DNA from: Phoronis australis
Lineage: Eukaryota > Animalia > Phoronida
Assembly: GCA_002633005.1 (NCBI GenBank)
Contig: NMRA01000526.1
Coordinates: 62,001-126,000 of the forward strand
Direction of reading: 5' to 3'
Length of the DNA: 64,000 nt
Each line of letters starts with the position of its first letter. Position 1 is the first letter of the stretch. This document shows, in pieces, positions 36,266 through 59,300 of this stretch. A model generated the notes under the pieces. The model was not told the DNA's origin and ran no database searches. It saw only the letters and a program-made list of their open reading frames with translations. The translations under genes were made by a program, and so were the position numbers.

Positions 36266-36853
36266 ATCCCTTTTATGGAACATGGCTTTACAACAGCATT
36301 AAAACATGCAAATACCCTACCCAATAAAGTGCATATCTGATAAACAATTATCAGCAATATAAAAAATTCTTGTACTTATAAATGAAACAATTGAATGATG
36401 CAGGTGACCAAAAACGAATAATTATTAAATTAATCATCATAACCTTTACTAATAATTTACACACCGACTATAGTCAAAATAATAATTAGCCTGATTAACA
36501 CAGATCTNTGAAAAACTCATTTCGGAAATATTTATTCTTGGTCGAAAATGGCGGGCCGTCCGAAAAGCACGCGACTTTACCGTAATCCCTTTTATGGAAC
36601 ATGGCTTTACAACAGCATTAAAACATGCAAATACCCTACCCAATAAAGTGCATATCTGATAAACAATTATCAGCAATATAAAAAATTCTTGTACTTATAA
36701 ATGAAACAATTGAATGATGCAGGTGACCAAAAACGAATAATTATTAAATTAATCATCATAACCTTTACTAATAATTTACACACCGACTTGAGTCATTTCA
36801 TAATTCCATTTTTCAATAGTCAAAATAATAATTAGCCTGATTAACACAGATCT
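36266..36853. repeat. Identical ~200-bp direct duplication flanking an N (probable contig-overlap artefact)
   Basis: 36266-36468 is identical to 36585-36788, with an n at 36508. Confidence 0.7.
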
Positions 36854-37919
36854 CGTTTAATAACTTACATAGAATGGCCAAAGAATTATAATGACACCTG
36901 GTGTAAGGCATGGAAGACACAAGTATTTAACACATCAAATAAATGCCTCTAAATGTAATCAAACATAATGGCTCACAAGTTAATGACCATTGTATAAAAC
37001 ATTTAATGACATCTCACTACTCAATACCAAGCATCTTACCAAAATCCACACAGGAATCATTTAAATAGTTTACATATTACACAATTCCCACTAATAATTC
37101 AATAAACTTAAGGTGTTTTTAATAATCTCTTAGCAAAGGGTTTCTGAACACAGTCATACTTTAAAGCAGCTCAAAATGTAGCACTTGACATAGAACTCTT
37201 TAGTGTTGTGAAAGCACAAAAGTGACTTCTGTTGACCCAATTTCAAATTCTGGAGGCCACAACAGCCATGTTCATGCAAACAAAATGCCATTTCCATATA
37301 TTCACAGACATACATTGGTGTTGGACTTTTTAAAATAAATCAGTTGAAGATCCCACGGTACATCAATGGTGATTTGAGGGTAAGTTGATAGGCGACAGCA
37401 AAGAATTACAAAACATGAAATTTTACTGTTTTAAGCAACATAAAAACTGGGTGAGTTGCATGTTTGCACACAAAATACTCTATTGGCATATGGTAATACA
37501 GCAAATTTCAACACGTCGCCAGTATATCGAACAAGAGCAACGCAGAGCGTTGAAATGCGCCCACAATTGCACAGTATACGGTATCCTTCTAGGGTTGTTT
37601 ATTGGTACCATAAAGTGGCCAGTAGAGGGCATATATGCAGTATGTTGTACTTTGCAAAATGGAAAGGCATGGTCATTGTCTCCTCAATAGGCTAAGGGGC
37701 AAAATGTGAGTGATCTTCATAATACAAGCACATCCTATACATCAGTTGCTTAAAGCACCATAGAAACATAGAATTAAAAACAAATTTACCAACATACGAG
37801 ATTAGCACAGCATTAGAATGCCAGAAACAAATTTCTACTTGGAACTTTTCCCTCATAGTCACCAAGTAACACAAAGTATACACCTGAAGACCTATGAAAA
37901 TACAGAGGTCAATGTAAAA

Positions 37920-38975
37920 TACTTAAATTGCCACTAGAGGCATACCAGTAGTCAGAATCATCCTAAAGTCGTCATCGTCCGTTGTCAACATCACATAAAT
38001 ACACTTGCTAAATTTAGTAAAGATCCTGCAAACAGTTTGGGAGATACAGCCATGGGTGCAAAAAAAACTGCCACTAGGAGGCGCCACAGTAATCAAAGTC
38101 ATGGGAAATTCAGCGTAAACCGTCCTCTTCATAGTAAGAACATACATGCCAATTTTCACAATCATACTTAGAGCGGTTTGGTTGATAGAGGGGTGGACGA
38201 CAAAAAACAGACTCAAAAACAATAAAAATGGCCACTGGGTGTCGCAAACTAGGTCGAATCCATCCAAAAACGGGAGGATAGCGTCATCGCACTAATAGGT
38301 GCCTACATATCAAATTTCATGAAAATCCGTTAAGGACTTGTGAAGATACAGAGGTAAACGCAAAAAAATAAAATTGAAACTAGGGGGCACACTGGTAGGC
38401 GGATCCGTCCAAAAGTCGTCATCGTCTGTTGTTAATATCATATAAATACAATTATTAAATTTCGTAAAGATCCTGCGCTACAGTGGTCGAAATCGTTGGA
38501 AAATCATCGTCAACCGTCCTCTACATAGTAAGCATATACATGCCAATTTTCACAATCATCCTTTGAGCGGTTTGGTTGATAGAGGGGTGGACGCACAAAA
38601 AATGGCCACTAGGTGGAGCAAACTATGTCGAATCTGAAAACGAGAGGATAGCGTCATCTCACTAATAGGTGCCTACATACCAAATTTCTTGAAAATCCGT
38701 TCAGGACTTTTGAAGATACAAAGGTAAGCGTAAAAAACTAAAATTGCCACTAGGGGGCACACCGGTAGTCGGATCCGTCCCAAAGTTCGCACATGCCGTC
38801 CCATTCATGAATGGAACATATGTGCCAAACTTCATGAACATATATATGTCAAAGGGTTTTGGAGATAGAGCAGCGGACATCGGACACCAGACGGACGCCG
38901 CCCATACGGACGGACGGATGGACGGAGATGACGGCATAATGCGTCCACATATAAATATGTGGGCGCATAAAAATG
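37920..38975 (-). mobile_element. Second HINE-like copy with CTCF-like motifs, reverse orientation
   Basis: ccactagRNggc motifs at ~37931, 38070, 38232, 38605 and 38747, a (GGAC)n microsatellite, and the terminal hairpin tgcgtccacatataaatatgtgggcgca. Confidence 0.75.
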
Positions 38976-40329
38976 GATATTCACAGTAAAGATGCACTAA
39001 TATTTACTAAAAAAAGAACACTAGTTTCACAATTCATTTTCCATTGTTATACAGTCTACCTGCTCTCTAATGTACCCACTGGTATTTGAAAAACTAAATG
39101 TAACAAACGATAAACAATTCAATAGCTACCATAGTCATTTAGCTACACCAACGTTTATCTCAATTTTTAATACAGCCATCCCCAATTCAGTCAGGAGTAA
39201 GGGCTTCCTAAAAGCACTCAGGCCAGTGAATAACACAAAGAATGCCAGCTCTCAAAATGCCTGCAACTTGGTTACAGCAAATTTCTGTACATTCAGGCAA
39301 TGTTTTATTAGACTACTCGATGCCAAGTGACTGGCATAAACTCAACTCTCTGGGTTGATTCTAAAAATCATGATGGAAATACAGTGCCCATGCACACTTG
39401 TCAACTTCATCCAACTTCCTGCATTGAAACTTCGCTGGAATTGGAATGTCAAATACAGTTAATAGTCGAGAAAACTTGAAAAAAGCAATGCAACAAATAA
39501 CATGGGAAACCCCAGTGGCGTGACAGCGAGGCTAGAGGAACTGCTAGATGTTACAGAATTGTGAGTAACTACCACGAGATTCAAGTGTCGCTATGTAATC
39601 CTGGACCGTCCTGTTGTACAAACTTTGACTTCATCATTAACTTGTCCATCCACGTGCTTCATTTTCCCTTCAACTGTTCTTGTGTTACAGGTAAACGTAA
39701 CTGATTTTGTCTTCAAGGAAAGACACAAAGAGCACCCCTTTTAACATCATCACCAATATGCTTGAAGTTTCCTCTTGAAGTATTACTGACAGGCCTGGTA
39801 CATCAAGTCAACCTTATATTCCTGCAAAGACTCGGTGAACAAACCATCTGGTGTTATGTACTTCACCTTCAATTTGAACGTGCTCTTGGCCTGCATCTCC
39901 TTCAGATGTAGTTTGCACAACTGAAAGATCAATACAATCCTGTTCCATGGACACAAGAAACATAGAGCACATCAATATACTCCTTTCTTTGTTTTGTTCT
40001 CCCATTCAATCCCCTTCTCCCTCAGCTGCCGCATGCCATTCCGGACACGATCTTATTTTCCTTCAACACAAAAAACACAGAGTACATCAACAATTCCATT
40101 TCTTGAGTGAGCCATTTTCTTTATCTTGTTTACAAACTTGTCCCGTTTCTCCAGCAGACGTTTTTAGGCATCTTGAAACTTACATAGGATGAACACGACC
40201 TTGTTTTCATTTAGCACAATAAACACAGAGTACATCACCATTTGCTTTTCTTGAGTAAACACTATGGTTTTCCTTTCCTGCCTCCTCAAACTAGTGTGAG
40301 ATGAGTAAAACAATAAAACAAGCAGAGCA

Positions 40330-43300
40330 TCACTTTTCTTTCTTGCGCGTACCCATTTCCTTCATTTTGTCTGTCCATTCACTACGTTTCTCCCTAAACT
40401 GTTCTTTGCGCTCCTTGTATATCAACGTGATTTTATCCTCTTTCAACTTATCCTGCAGTTCCGTCCGTTTCTCCTTTAGTTGGTCCCGCCCCTCCTTGTA
40501 CAATTGTCGAATGCGGTTCTCTTCAGGCACTGGCTCCATGTACCCTCGCTTTCGTAAGTAGACGATGGTCTGTCGTGTCCCAGCTAGTGTCACGAAGTAT
40601 CGCACCGGCTTGGCGATCTCATAAAGCAAGTAGGCTACAGCAAGGCTGCCTACCTGTGAGCCGGTGAACTTGGAGATGATGGTCTGACCAAACCCCAGCT
40701 TCTGTAGAAGAGGGACCACATCAATGCCCCTGGAAGTACAGAACCAAACCATGAGCAGTTAACAAATTTGGAAAATGGCCAAGCAGAAAAGTATACGGTA
40801 AAAATTCTTCCATTTGGGACAAAAGAATCAACTGACAGTAAAATTGACATTTTTCAGTAGCTTATTTCACAGATCAAAATGCTAAAAGTTTTATGAAATG
40901 TTGTTTCGTGACAGCCATTCTGTATAAACCACGATAAAATTGAAGTAAAACTATTTTGTTGAGACCCAAAGAATGTTAATGTCCTTCAGAGTATAACTTA
41001 TGTCAACCAATGGCATTGTAAAATATGTCCAACTGCTGTTGTATGATAGCCATGAAGATGAGAGCACAAGCAACTGAATTCAGTACTTCTGTTCAGATGG
41101 GTTTGTGATTGGGAAGCTTCGAAAAATGGGGGTGAGCTTATGTCACACAATTTTGCATTAGCCTTGGGATTGAATTTATACATAACTGCATAAGCTCATG
41201 ATATGTAGTAATATTCTGCACACTATCCGAAGTCCTAGCATATGAATCATGCTTTGCGTGACATGCCCTCTCTATGATTAAGGTACACTTTTGAGGTATG
41301 TTTTCCGAGGTTAATTTGATTGGAATGGACCAAAAAGACTGGCTGGTCCTTTGGGCTCATACACCAGAAATAAAGAAAAGCCAGGATGTGTTTATACTTG
41401 GTGGTGCACTTACACCCAGATGAGTACAGCAATAGCAATTCATTTGCGCACCCAGCCTTCAAAATGGGGGGCTTGAATTCCTGATGTTATGGACCTTTTG
41501 CTAACAAAAGAGCGGGCAGACTAAAAAAAAAAAAAACGGGAGCACCACTGTGAATTGCGCGTGTGCCGGCTTATTTACTGGACTTTTGTCCCATTTCCTC
41601 TGACATTTTGTCTCTCAGGGGCACACCTTTTTGCCCACTTTGCCAAATGGGGGGGCTCGAGCCCCCCGAGCCCCCCCTGGGTGTGTGCATGCAATTGCAA
41701 TAAAGTTTATACGTACATGACAGCCACATAATAAAATCCACCAAACCACACAATCGATGTAACTACATGTACTCCAATTAGGGCTTTTCCGTATTCCTTG
41801 TATGCATTCTTGAATCGTTGGAATATGGACAACGACTGCTCTTGAGAGTCCTTTGTAGGAGACACGGCTCCTTCTTTGTTGATTTCTAAACTGTCATTTG
41901 TAGTGGAACTGGATAAGGTGTCGCTGGGCTTGACACCAGTTATCTTAATTTTGTGTAATGTCGATTCTGATTGACTGGAAGTCTTGGAGTTTTCTTTCCT
42001 CAATGAAGAAGACAGCACATATGACCGCCTAAATAGGGATAACCGTACACGAGATGCATCAGACAAAACTATTCTATCGCAAGACTTTATGTACGTTGGT
42101 GTTAAAGATGAATGCTTCACCCTAAATCCAAGATGACTTTTTTGGCACACCGTACTTAGACCTAAAACAGAAAATTAAACATTAACAACATCATCTGAAT
42201 ATTTTTAATGAAAACACTGCTCGCACCGGGGGATATGACATCATATTTCATAGCCTGAGCAGCGTAAAAATAGCCAGTTGTCGATTTGGACAACTGAACG
42301 AAGGACTGCTCGAAAAATTTTCGGTTATGGGAGTATTTGTTCAAGTTGGAAGGAGTCAAAGCCATCCACAGTCTTCTAATGTGTCCCTATAGATACAAAA
42401 GGTACTTATAGCGATGTGACTTTGAGGGTTTAATCAGTGTGTTTCATAATTCGCTGAAAAGCTTCCGGCCTATGAACGCCCTATGGGAGTGACACTGTCT
42501 CTACTGCTAAGTAGAGACGGTGGCACCAGTGGCGGATCTAGGATATCATAAGGGGGGCCCTACATTTTGTCTTCTGTCTCAGTGAATCGCGCAAAGCACG
42601 ATTGTGGGGGCGCAACCAGTCTGAAACATGGGGGGGCTTGAATTTCTGAGGTTGTACACGACTAAAACAAACCACGATTGCGTGGGCGCACCCAGCCTAA
42701 AACATGGGGGGGCTCCAATTTCTGAGGTTGTTCACGACTAAAAAAAACAAACGGAAGCCGATTGCGACGGCAATACATTTTTTCAGCCGCATGTTAATTA
42801 CTGGGGTTAGTTAATGAACTAAATCTTTCCTCACAACCTGGCTCTTTAATGTTTTTCCGGCAGTCAAGGGGGGCCCGCCTACCCGTCTTCCCCCCCTCCC
42901 CTAAATCAGCCTATGGGCACGGTCTACTTTACATGTTGCTATAAGTTCCTAGCTGTATTTTGACAATAGTTTACATAGTTTCAATACAGCCCGCTGGCTG
43001 GGCCTTGGCTATATCTAGTCTTGTCATGTAAATCCCGAGGGTCTTCAGAGGTAGCATCTGTGGGTAGAAGTCCATATTAGAACACGATCAAATCTCCAGT
43101 AATGGTCCTACAGGGAATGACCACAGATGCAGGCCGAAAGACATATATTTAGCAGTTATGTCCAAGGACAATTACTGCACGAAGGATGGACAAGTAGCAC
43201 AATTTATTATCAAGTCTTTATCAAGAGATCCAGGTCTGGGTGATTATTCACAGGTTAGCATAGCACAATTCACAATTGCACTTATCACGACATGACGCAC

Positions 43301-43554
43301 AAAGCAAGGTACTGGTTGAATCCACAGTATCCAGGACATCGATGTTGGGTCCAAGGGCATACTAAGCATTTTTACAGGGCATAAATAATTCACAGCATTA
43401 ACATTGGATTGGGTCATGCCGTTCCAGCACAATTGCATTTATCGCAACACGAGTTAAAACGAAGGATATCTACAGCAGCACATGTTTTACCTGATTTCAG
43501 AATATTGTACACATTTCCATTATGCCTAATGAGAGACGGAAAAAAAATTGCCAT
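40330..43554 (-). CDS. FAM210A: FAM210A-like mitochondrial DUF1279 protein; exons 43491-43554, 41717-42161, 40330-40729
   Basis: All three exons are GT-AG and phase-consistent. Motifs: LSIFQRFKNAYKEYGKALIGVHVVTSIVWFGGFY, GIDVVPLL, LAVAYLLYEIAKPVRYFVTLAGT, and a K/E-rich coiled-coil tail. The N-terminus is basic and presequence-like. Confidence 0.92.
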
Positions 43555-43750
43555 GTCATTCAGTTGAGAAAATCAAATAATCTGACGCAAATCGCATTAT
43601 AATACGCCGTTTCTATTGCAGAAGCACGCTTTGAGTCGTAAAGCAGAGGAGGTGTTTTTGCGACAAACGGCATTTCCAAAACCGATTTAAAAATAAATAG
43701 TTGGAACGAAAATCAGCTTACTTACTCTGATCTTTTGTGCGTTTAGTTAG
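43555..43750. promoter_or_regulatory. Putative bidirectional promoter between FAM210A and RNMT
   Basis: The FAM210A ATG is at 43554 (minus), and a GTAAGT donor at 43750 (plus) suggests a non-coding first RNMT exon. This is inference. Confidence 0.45.
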
Positions 43751-44099
43751 TAAGTATACTTATGTATAAAGTCAAATATGTAAAACATTTTATATTTTAT
43801 ACTCCCATTTGTTCCACAGGAAATACTTTACGGCATTTTTGGCATGGCTGCCAGTGGTAAGATTTTGTTGTTGTGCTGCGCTTTGGCGGCGAATGTGTTG
43901 CCTTTGACCCATGATTTCTATTTTTAAAACACCCCAAGTGATCCCCAGTATTTAAATATGATGTCATGTAACTTTGATTCGTAAATTTGTTTGCTAAAGA
44001 CTTTTTGTCAAATAAGGCAAACGTCAAGTTTATGTCTATGAAGACAGTGACCACCGTCGACTAGTCTCTACTCTGCCTCGTATCTGGTAGGCCTAACAG

Positions 44100-44550
44100 T
44101 AGTAGAGACGGTGGGAGATTTTCGGCGAACTATGCCTCAAACTTATTAAAATGTCCAAGCCAGATTGTTATTTGTAACTTTTGCGCACAGAGAGACACGG
44201 TAAGAGGCCGCAGTTGTCTTGGAATTCCTTCCAACTCAAACAAATACTCCCGTAAATGGCGTAATCAAACATTTTTCGAGCAGTCCTTCATTGAGCTGCC
44301 CAAATTGTCTACTGGCCATTTTTACACTGCGCACACTCCAATTTTTACTGCACCCAGCAGGAGCGCGTGCAGACTAAAAATGGCCAGTTTGATTATGGGA
44401 CTATTTTTTTTTCGAGTTGGAAGGAATTAAAGATATCGACGGCCTCTTAAGGTGTTCCTCTATGCGCTAAAGGTATTTATAACAATGTGACTTTGATGTT
44501 TTAATCAGTGTGATGTATAATTCGTCGAAAAGCTTCACCGTCTCTACTGG
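44100..44550. mobile_element. Palindromic MITE (TIR agtagagacggtg); a partial relative lies at 42260-42522
   Basis: agtagagacggtg...caccgtctctact with internal inverted arms. Its homolog is in FAM210A intron 1. Confidence 0.7.
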
Positions 44551-45506
44551 GATCAGTTAGAGATGGGGGTCACTGTCTATATGAAGTCATGAAGAATGTC
44601 TAGACTAGACAGGTCCATCGTTTGGACACTGGTCAGATACACCAGTCCTTAGAGAACCAGGCTATTACTAAATAATGGGCCGAAGCAAAGTTTCCTGATA
44701 ACTTTGGTTTGCTGTTAGTAAAGTATTCAAAACTACTAACGAAGTGCAGACACTTCTGGTAATTTGTTGTACACTGTTTGCATTCTTGTGTAAAAGAGAA
44801 CAGCGGATTGAAGAATCGACGAAAACAGAGATTGGCTAACAGATAGCAATCAATTTCATGTCACTCAAAACTTGGGGAAATTTCCTGTGATTTTTTTAAT
44901 GTTTTTCTTAGGGTAATGGGGCCAAAGTGCAACCCAAAAATTGAGACATGGATGTCCATCGATTTATGGTATAAAATACAAGTCATCACTCTTTCTGCAG
45001 AGGAATATTGTTTTTAGATTGGAATGGCTTTGATTATTCTGTAAGTTGTGTGACGTGCAAGCATCTCTGAACTATTTTAGCATCAGAGTTTTAGGACCTT
45101 GTGAAAGTATAACATCTAGCTTTCAGGGACCTTTCTAACACAATAGCTGTATTCAAAGTTCTCTGTATCCAACTCAAATTATACGCATTACAGTTAGCTT
45201 GAAACTAGAACAGAAGGATTTAAGTGAGGTGAACATTGTAAAGGAAGCTTGTTGTAACTGTATGGTTATCGAATTTTTTATTTTTAGATCCAGCAGTTCC
45301 AGTGGGCAAGCTAGGTGACTTGGTAAGACCATTAGGCTAAATGAACTTCTTGTTTTCTTCTGAACATTCCGTATGAACATTCGGGCGTCCTTACGAGGGG
45401 GGGGGAGCACTTAGGGGAGCAAGGGTGGTAACCCAGACGAGTATGGTAATAACTGTTATAATCGTTTGTTGAGGTCTTTCCTGAAACTGCATAGCTGTCA
45501 TTATGA

Positions 45507-53380
<7,874 letters not shown>

Positions 53381-56300
53381 TGTCTTAAGTTATTCAAAGG
53401 CATGATTCAGTGTGTGGAAGCCCTGCTAGAGTTGACGGACAGTATTTTGAAAACTGACGCACTTTACATCTTTACACTTGTGAAGGATAGTTGTTGTGTA
53501 TGATTACCAAGTTAGCAATTCTTGAGAGAGAGATGTATAACATGTTTGTTGGTTATGTTGGTGTCAATGTTGTATGGAGATGCATTATCGTAAGCCTGAC
53601 ATTGGAGGTCCAAACTTCAACCTTTTTGCCAGAGGTCCTTAAAACTGACGTGGAATTTGAAAACTCCATATAGTCGAGCTGTTTTTTTTTTTGATATTTG
53701 TTTTTATTATTTTTTTAACTCGTTTTTTATATGCCCCCATATCCATATGTGTGCATATTGCAGTCATCACTGTCGGGGAGTCTGGCATCGATTACTGTAT
53801 CTCCAAAACTCCCTGGAGTGTCTTTGTGAATGTTGGCAGTGTTCCTATAGTGCTGCATGTGTATGCATCAGTTTTGTCCCCAACGTGTTGGGCCCTCTGA
53901 AAAAACATTGTAGTGATACTCACAAGTCAGAGCTGTCCATAAAAACTGTTTAGTTCAGGACGCAACTCAACATGGTTGACAAATGAAATGTTACTCTGTC
54001 CAATTTTGCTGCAAAAGGAACTTTCAATTTACTGTGCAGTGAGCAGAGTTTGTATTGTATAGATGTCACTGTTGGTTGCTGAATTTTAGTATGCAGCATC
54101 ATACTAAGCCTTTACATACTAGAAAAGAGGAGTTTTAGCCATTTTGTGAAAAATTGGTGACATAAATAATGAAATGTGTGTTGTCACAGGCAGTAGAGTA
54201 GTTAGTGGACAATGTTCTGCACTTTCGTTGAGAGGTTTGATGCTGGGAAGTTTCCCAACTTTTTTTTTGATTGTTTGCGACAATCATGACATTAAATTAA
54301 GTTACCTCAATTGTGCGGTGGGATGATGGAACGATTCACATGGAATGTCTCGAGATGTTTGTGCATGAAAGAGATTGTGTTTTGTTCTTGTCAGCTCAGA
54401 CTGCTTGCCCATAATAATTAGAAATTGGGCCAAAGGAAAGGCACTTTCATGTTCCCACAAAGCTAAAGAGTTATTTTTGTCCCAAATTGAAGCATTTTCA
54501 CTGTAATGGCTTCCTTCCTGAGGGAATTCCTCAGGTCTTACAGTTAGTTTAAAAGATTCTTCCTTTTATTGTAAGGAGCTCTGCATGTTCTAGACATCTG
54601 ATGCTGTCATGCAGATTTATGTTTCTTAACCTGTGAATGTATGGGTAGCGTAATGTGTATCATGTACTGTTGGTTGTGAAGACAGAATTCGTGTTCACAA
54701 CATTGGTCCTGTCCTCACAATTTAAGACATCCCTGCTTTCAAAATTGTGTCTTGTACTGCAGATAGGTCTAATTGCGGCGAAGTCATGTTTAGCCTCGTA
54801 TCTTAGATTGCAAGGATTGGTTTGGAAGAAGTGTTAAGGAGGCATTATACAAGCCATCTTCGTGGTTCTTAGATTTCAATTGTCACATATTGGACAGAAT
54901 CATTGCTGATCTGCTGTCCACCGTTATCTAGTGGTCTTAGCATTGTCAAGCTGAAGTCCGTAAGAGGCGAACGCATTATCTCTAATGGGAGTTTATTAGT
55001 ACTGTTCCAGTTTTTCATTGAATTTCTTTCTTTGTAATACAAGTGGATGTCTCCATGCTTACGTGTATCATTGGGCTTAGGTCTTCATTTGGAACATAGT
55101 TCTAGTTTATATATTCTACATCTTCATATCAGCGTTTCAAAATGTATTTTACAGGTATTCAATTAAAATTGAATCGAACTGCAGCTGTGTCACACACTAC
55201 CACCGTTTTGATAAGTTGTAAATTGTACTTTTGAAAATTCAGTTGAAATAAAAAAAATACTTTTTATTTTCACTTCTGTTTGGCAAGATTTTGAAAATGG
55301 CTAATGGCCAGTGCAGGCAGATAGCTGCGAGCTGAGCTGTCTGCCCCAAGTGAACCAAAGTCCAAAGGTGTGAAAAAGCGCCAACAGTTGCGCTAGATCT
55401 GGCTTGGCTTGACCTGATTCACTTGAGGCAAACAGCTCAACCTTAGCTTTATTGCCTGCTCTGGCTCTTTGTCCATACTTCTGTAGATCTGTCGCATTCA
55501 ACAAGGAAGTGTCAGGTTACTTGTGGTCGAGGCAATTTTCAACCAAAAGATCTTGTGACAATTCTGTCCGTTTGAACAATTAAACTGTGGTTTCTTGTTG
55601 AACTTGCAATGAAAGCAGTTGAAGTTGCATGTATACTGCCAGTTACTCAGTAACTGACATCAGCTTCTGGCTCTAATAGTTATTACAGTTATTTTGGACA
55701 CTTAATCTATTAATTAAGTATCTTTTACCTGTTGCGGAAACTGCACGGGAAATGTTCATACGGCATGCCTTTGTTTAGCCTACTGTGGACATAAAATTGC
55801 CAATGTGCCACGTGTATCATCACCAGGCCGTTGACATTAAATTGAGCTGTGCAGCAGACCATACGAAACAATTTTGATGTATCGTGGGTTTAATGATTTT
55901 TTTTTCTATTGGGCGGAGTTTCCGCCAAAAATAAAGATTAAACTGAAAATGTCATATTAAATTTGGTTGGGTTTGAAAGAATTCGGAGTTGTGTTGAATG
56001 ACTGAGCATTGTCTGGGCTTGGGCTAAGTTTCGACTGATCTAACTTAAAGTAAAATCCGTTTTATGAATTTTTTAACCAAAATTAAGCGTAAAGAGCATC
56101 TTTAAATTGTTTTTACTGTATTATTTTTATACGTCTTTCTGCCTAAGAGATTGTATCCATCGTTAGTTCGCAAAATTAGTTTTCATGTCTGATTTTGTCG
56201 CCAAGGTATCATAAAAGAGTTGTAGTTTAAAGCTATATAACAAAGTTGTGCTATAATTGTGCTATTAAATGGGTATGCGGAACACTGACAGGAACGCCTT

Positions 56301-59300
56301 CGTAAAGAAGTAACGTATAGCTGTTGCAGTGTAACCATGGTGTAACAAACAAACAAACAAACATAAATTGGGAATCTTTCTTCCGTACAACTGTTGATTT
56401 ATTACCGACAAACATTCGCGACGAACGCAATTTTTCAAACAAGTGTCCCCCTCACAACATCGGTAATAAATCAACAGTTGGTCAGGTGAAAAGATTCATT
56501 ATTTTATGATTTATAACAAATGAAGCTCCGTGGTTTTACACATCGCCATTCGTGAGCGCGGCTATCAAAACATGTTTCAGTTTACTTTTTCTTCGCAGCC
56601 ATGTAACTGATCATAATAGACACCAATGCCCTGATGGTCATACTACCCAATGTCCGTTAGCAGATGTTCATGTGATGTCATGGACATATATCAGCCTTCG
56701 CAAATATACATGTTTTACCAATCTTAATCCTTGTTTGTCTCCGTAAGCAGAGTTTTTAAATGGTCGCTGATGTCGCCGGCCATTTGGAATGGGGCCCTGA
56801 CCGTTTCGGTTAGACGGAAATGCACGACGTAAGACCACACAAGTCAACTACAGTGCTTACAGTTACTCTAAACGAAATAAAATTGCATCATTTATTAATT
56901 CAGTTTCAATTGACATAAATTGTAATAAGTTCTGCACCCAAGTTTGATGTGCACAGACGTTTTCAACGAGATTGTTCACGTAAAACGCTAAGAACCCAGC
57001 ATTAATTATCTCTCTGTATTTTATTGCTTTGGCCTTAAAAAACTTGACCGGCCCTGGGACATTTTGATACATTGTTCAAGCAAACTAATATCTATGGTTC
57101 AAGCTACCCCCTGGAGCGCGTGTTGTTTGAGTAAATCTGAACGATGAATATTTTCGAAAATATATCCTGAAAACTGAAGCACAAAAAATAGATTAGTGAA
57201 ATATGCTGTTTTTAAGATACATTTGAAGAAAGAAGCCACTCACTCACTGTTTATTATCATATTGTGAATACCAATGAACACGTCCGGATATATGTTTGAC
57301 GTTCGTAAGCAGACGAACGCTGGAAATTTCAACGTCCTCGCGGTACCGCACAGAAGAGGAAACAATATTGTTCACGACTTTAGGGCACTCACGACTTTAG
57401 AACCTCCGACGATACATAGACGTGTTTGCACGAGCGTGTCGCGTGTTTGATAAATCAGTCTACGTCAACAAGCTTGCCCCATGTGTAAATACTGCGTTCA
57501 TTCGTGTAAATGTCAAAAATGATTCCGTTGCCAGTGGCGTATACCAAACGTGCATGATAAAGATCTTGGCAACTAATTTGAGTTCGGCGTCATTTGCTCA
57601 CTTGAATCCCTCTCTTGTTACCCTACGCGTACTAACCTGTTGAAAATTTTCTTTCAAAAAATAATAAATCATCCTTTTGTGACGTAGAACATCAATCAGA
57701 AACATACTGTTAAGTGTTACAGTAACAATAAAGGATTACTTGGCAAGACGAATATATACGAATCTAGGATGAGTAAGCGTGTCTCAGAGGGGGATGTATA
57801 GAACGACACGTGCTCGCATACCCAATTTACTAATCGGCTCTCAGTTGGGCCTTACAGCGGCATACGCAGATGCGGTTAGTACAGGTTGTAGAAGTGCATG
57901 CTTTCATACTCCTAAATACAGTTTATACCAATCGACACCCAGATGAACCTCATAAATGGACACGCTGAAGTTCTGATTAATGGAAGATTGCTAAAAAGTC
58001 AAGAATCAAATTCTTTCCTGGCTTTTAGAAAATGCATTTTTTACCGATTTAAAATCTAGTTTTGTAGATATTTGCGGTTATTGTTAGTTGCGTTATATTT
58101 CTGGAAGTCGCAAATTAACATTTCTCGCCGTTGTCTGACAGACATTTGCTGAAATCAAAGCCAATGACATGTCTTTGCCATTAAAATACGCTTAAAATAC
58201 GTAGTATTTGGCTCAGCGGCTGACTATTCGTCTGCTCAAGTTCTAAGGGGCTGGTCGTTTCTACGGCTAATCTCTGAAATTACTTTCGTCTACGAGAGTG
58301 TTCCTTTAATGGACATTTCTTTCTTAGTCTACCTATTTCTAAAAACTCAGTGTCTTTGTTGAGGATATTACTTTTTTAAAATTCACAAATAGTGGCTTTA
58401 AGTTCTCTTATGTTTCGATTCCACACAAGGATATTGTTTTTCGTTCTTCATAGTCTCACATTTTTTATTGTTTCGGCTGCATGTATTGATGCTGCTACGC
58501 TTCGCACAAGCATTTTATGTGGGTTCATGACCAATTTGATTTTTCTCTTCTTACCCTCGTGAATAGTTCACAGTGCTGGTTTCATAGAGTGCAAAGAAGT
58601 AACTGCACGCGCCGACCCTCCAAGAGAGGAACCCGTCTGAGTGGGGTCCACTGATATGAAAAGCATGCTGTCCAAATACTCTAATATGAAAGGCTATCAC
58701 GTTTTAAAAACTGGAAAAGTGACATTTGATTCCATCATCAGATCGTCCTCTTTGAATATTTCATAAAAGACAGGAAAAGGTTCAGTCATTGGGAAACCCT
58801 ACGTAAGCACACCCCTAAAAACAAGATAAACAAAAAAGGTAACCATGGATGCCATCGGCGATGGCCTTTCAAGGGCTGAGATTTATATCAAATAATTTTG
58901 TATACAATTTCAAAGAAAAAAAACGGGAAAAGAGCGACTCCAATACACCTTATTAGAGGGGGTTGGTGGACAAATATAGCTTTGCGTTCCCTAAAAAAAA
59001 TTCCACTCGGACTTTTTCGATGCATATTTTCAATATTTTTAAATGGGCGCGGCCACATAAAAATGTCCCGGCCAGGGGCTCCAAAGGATAAATCCAGCAC
59101 TGCTGATTGACAAACGTTCCCTAACTTTTCTCTCTTACACATGTTTCGCTATGTTTTTATTTTCTCGACCGCAAGTTATCGTGGGCACATACCTCCTTCT
59201 CGCCCCCCTCCCCCCTCCTCCTACGTCCCTGCTTTCCCCCGACAACTATCTTGAGTGAGAAGCGCTCACCTCTCCTCTCCACTTCCAACACCTATGGAAA

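Noticed and set aside
36266-36853. Recent biological tandem duplication
   Set aside because: The copies are identical and straddle an N, which is typical of a scaffolding overlap.
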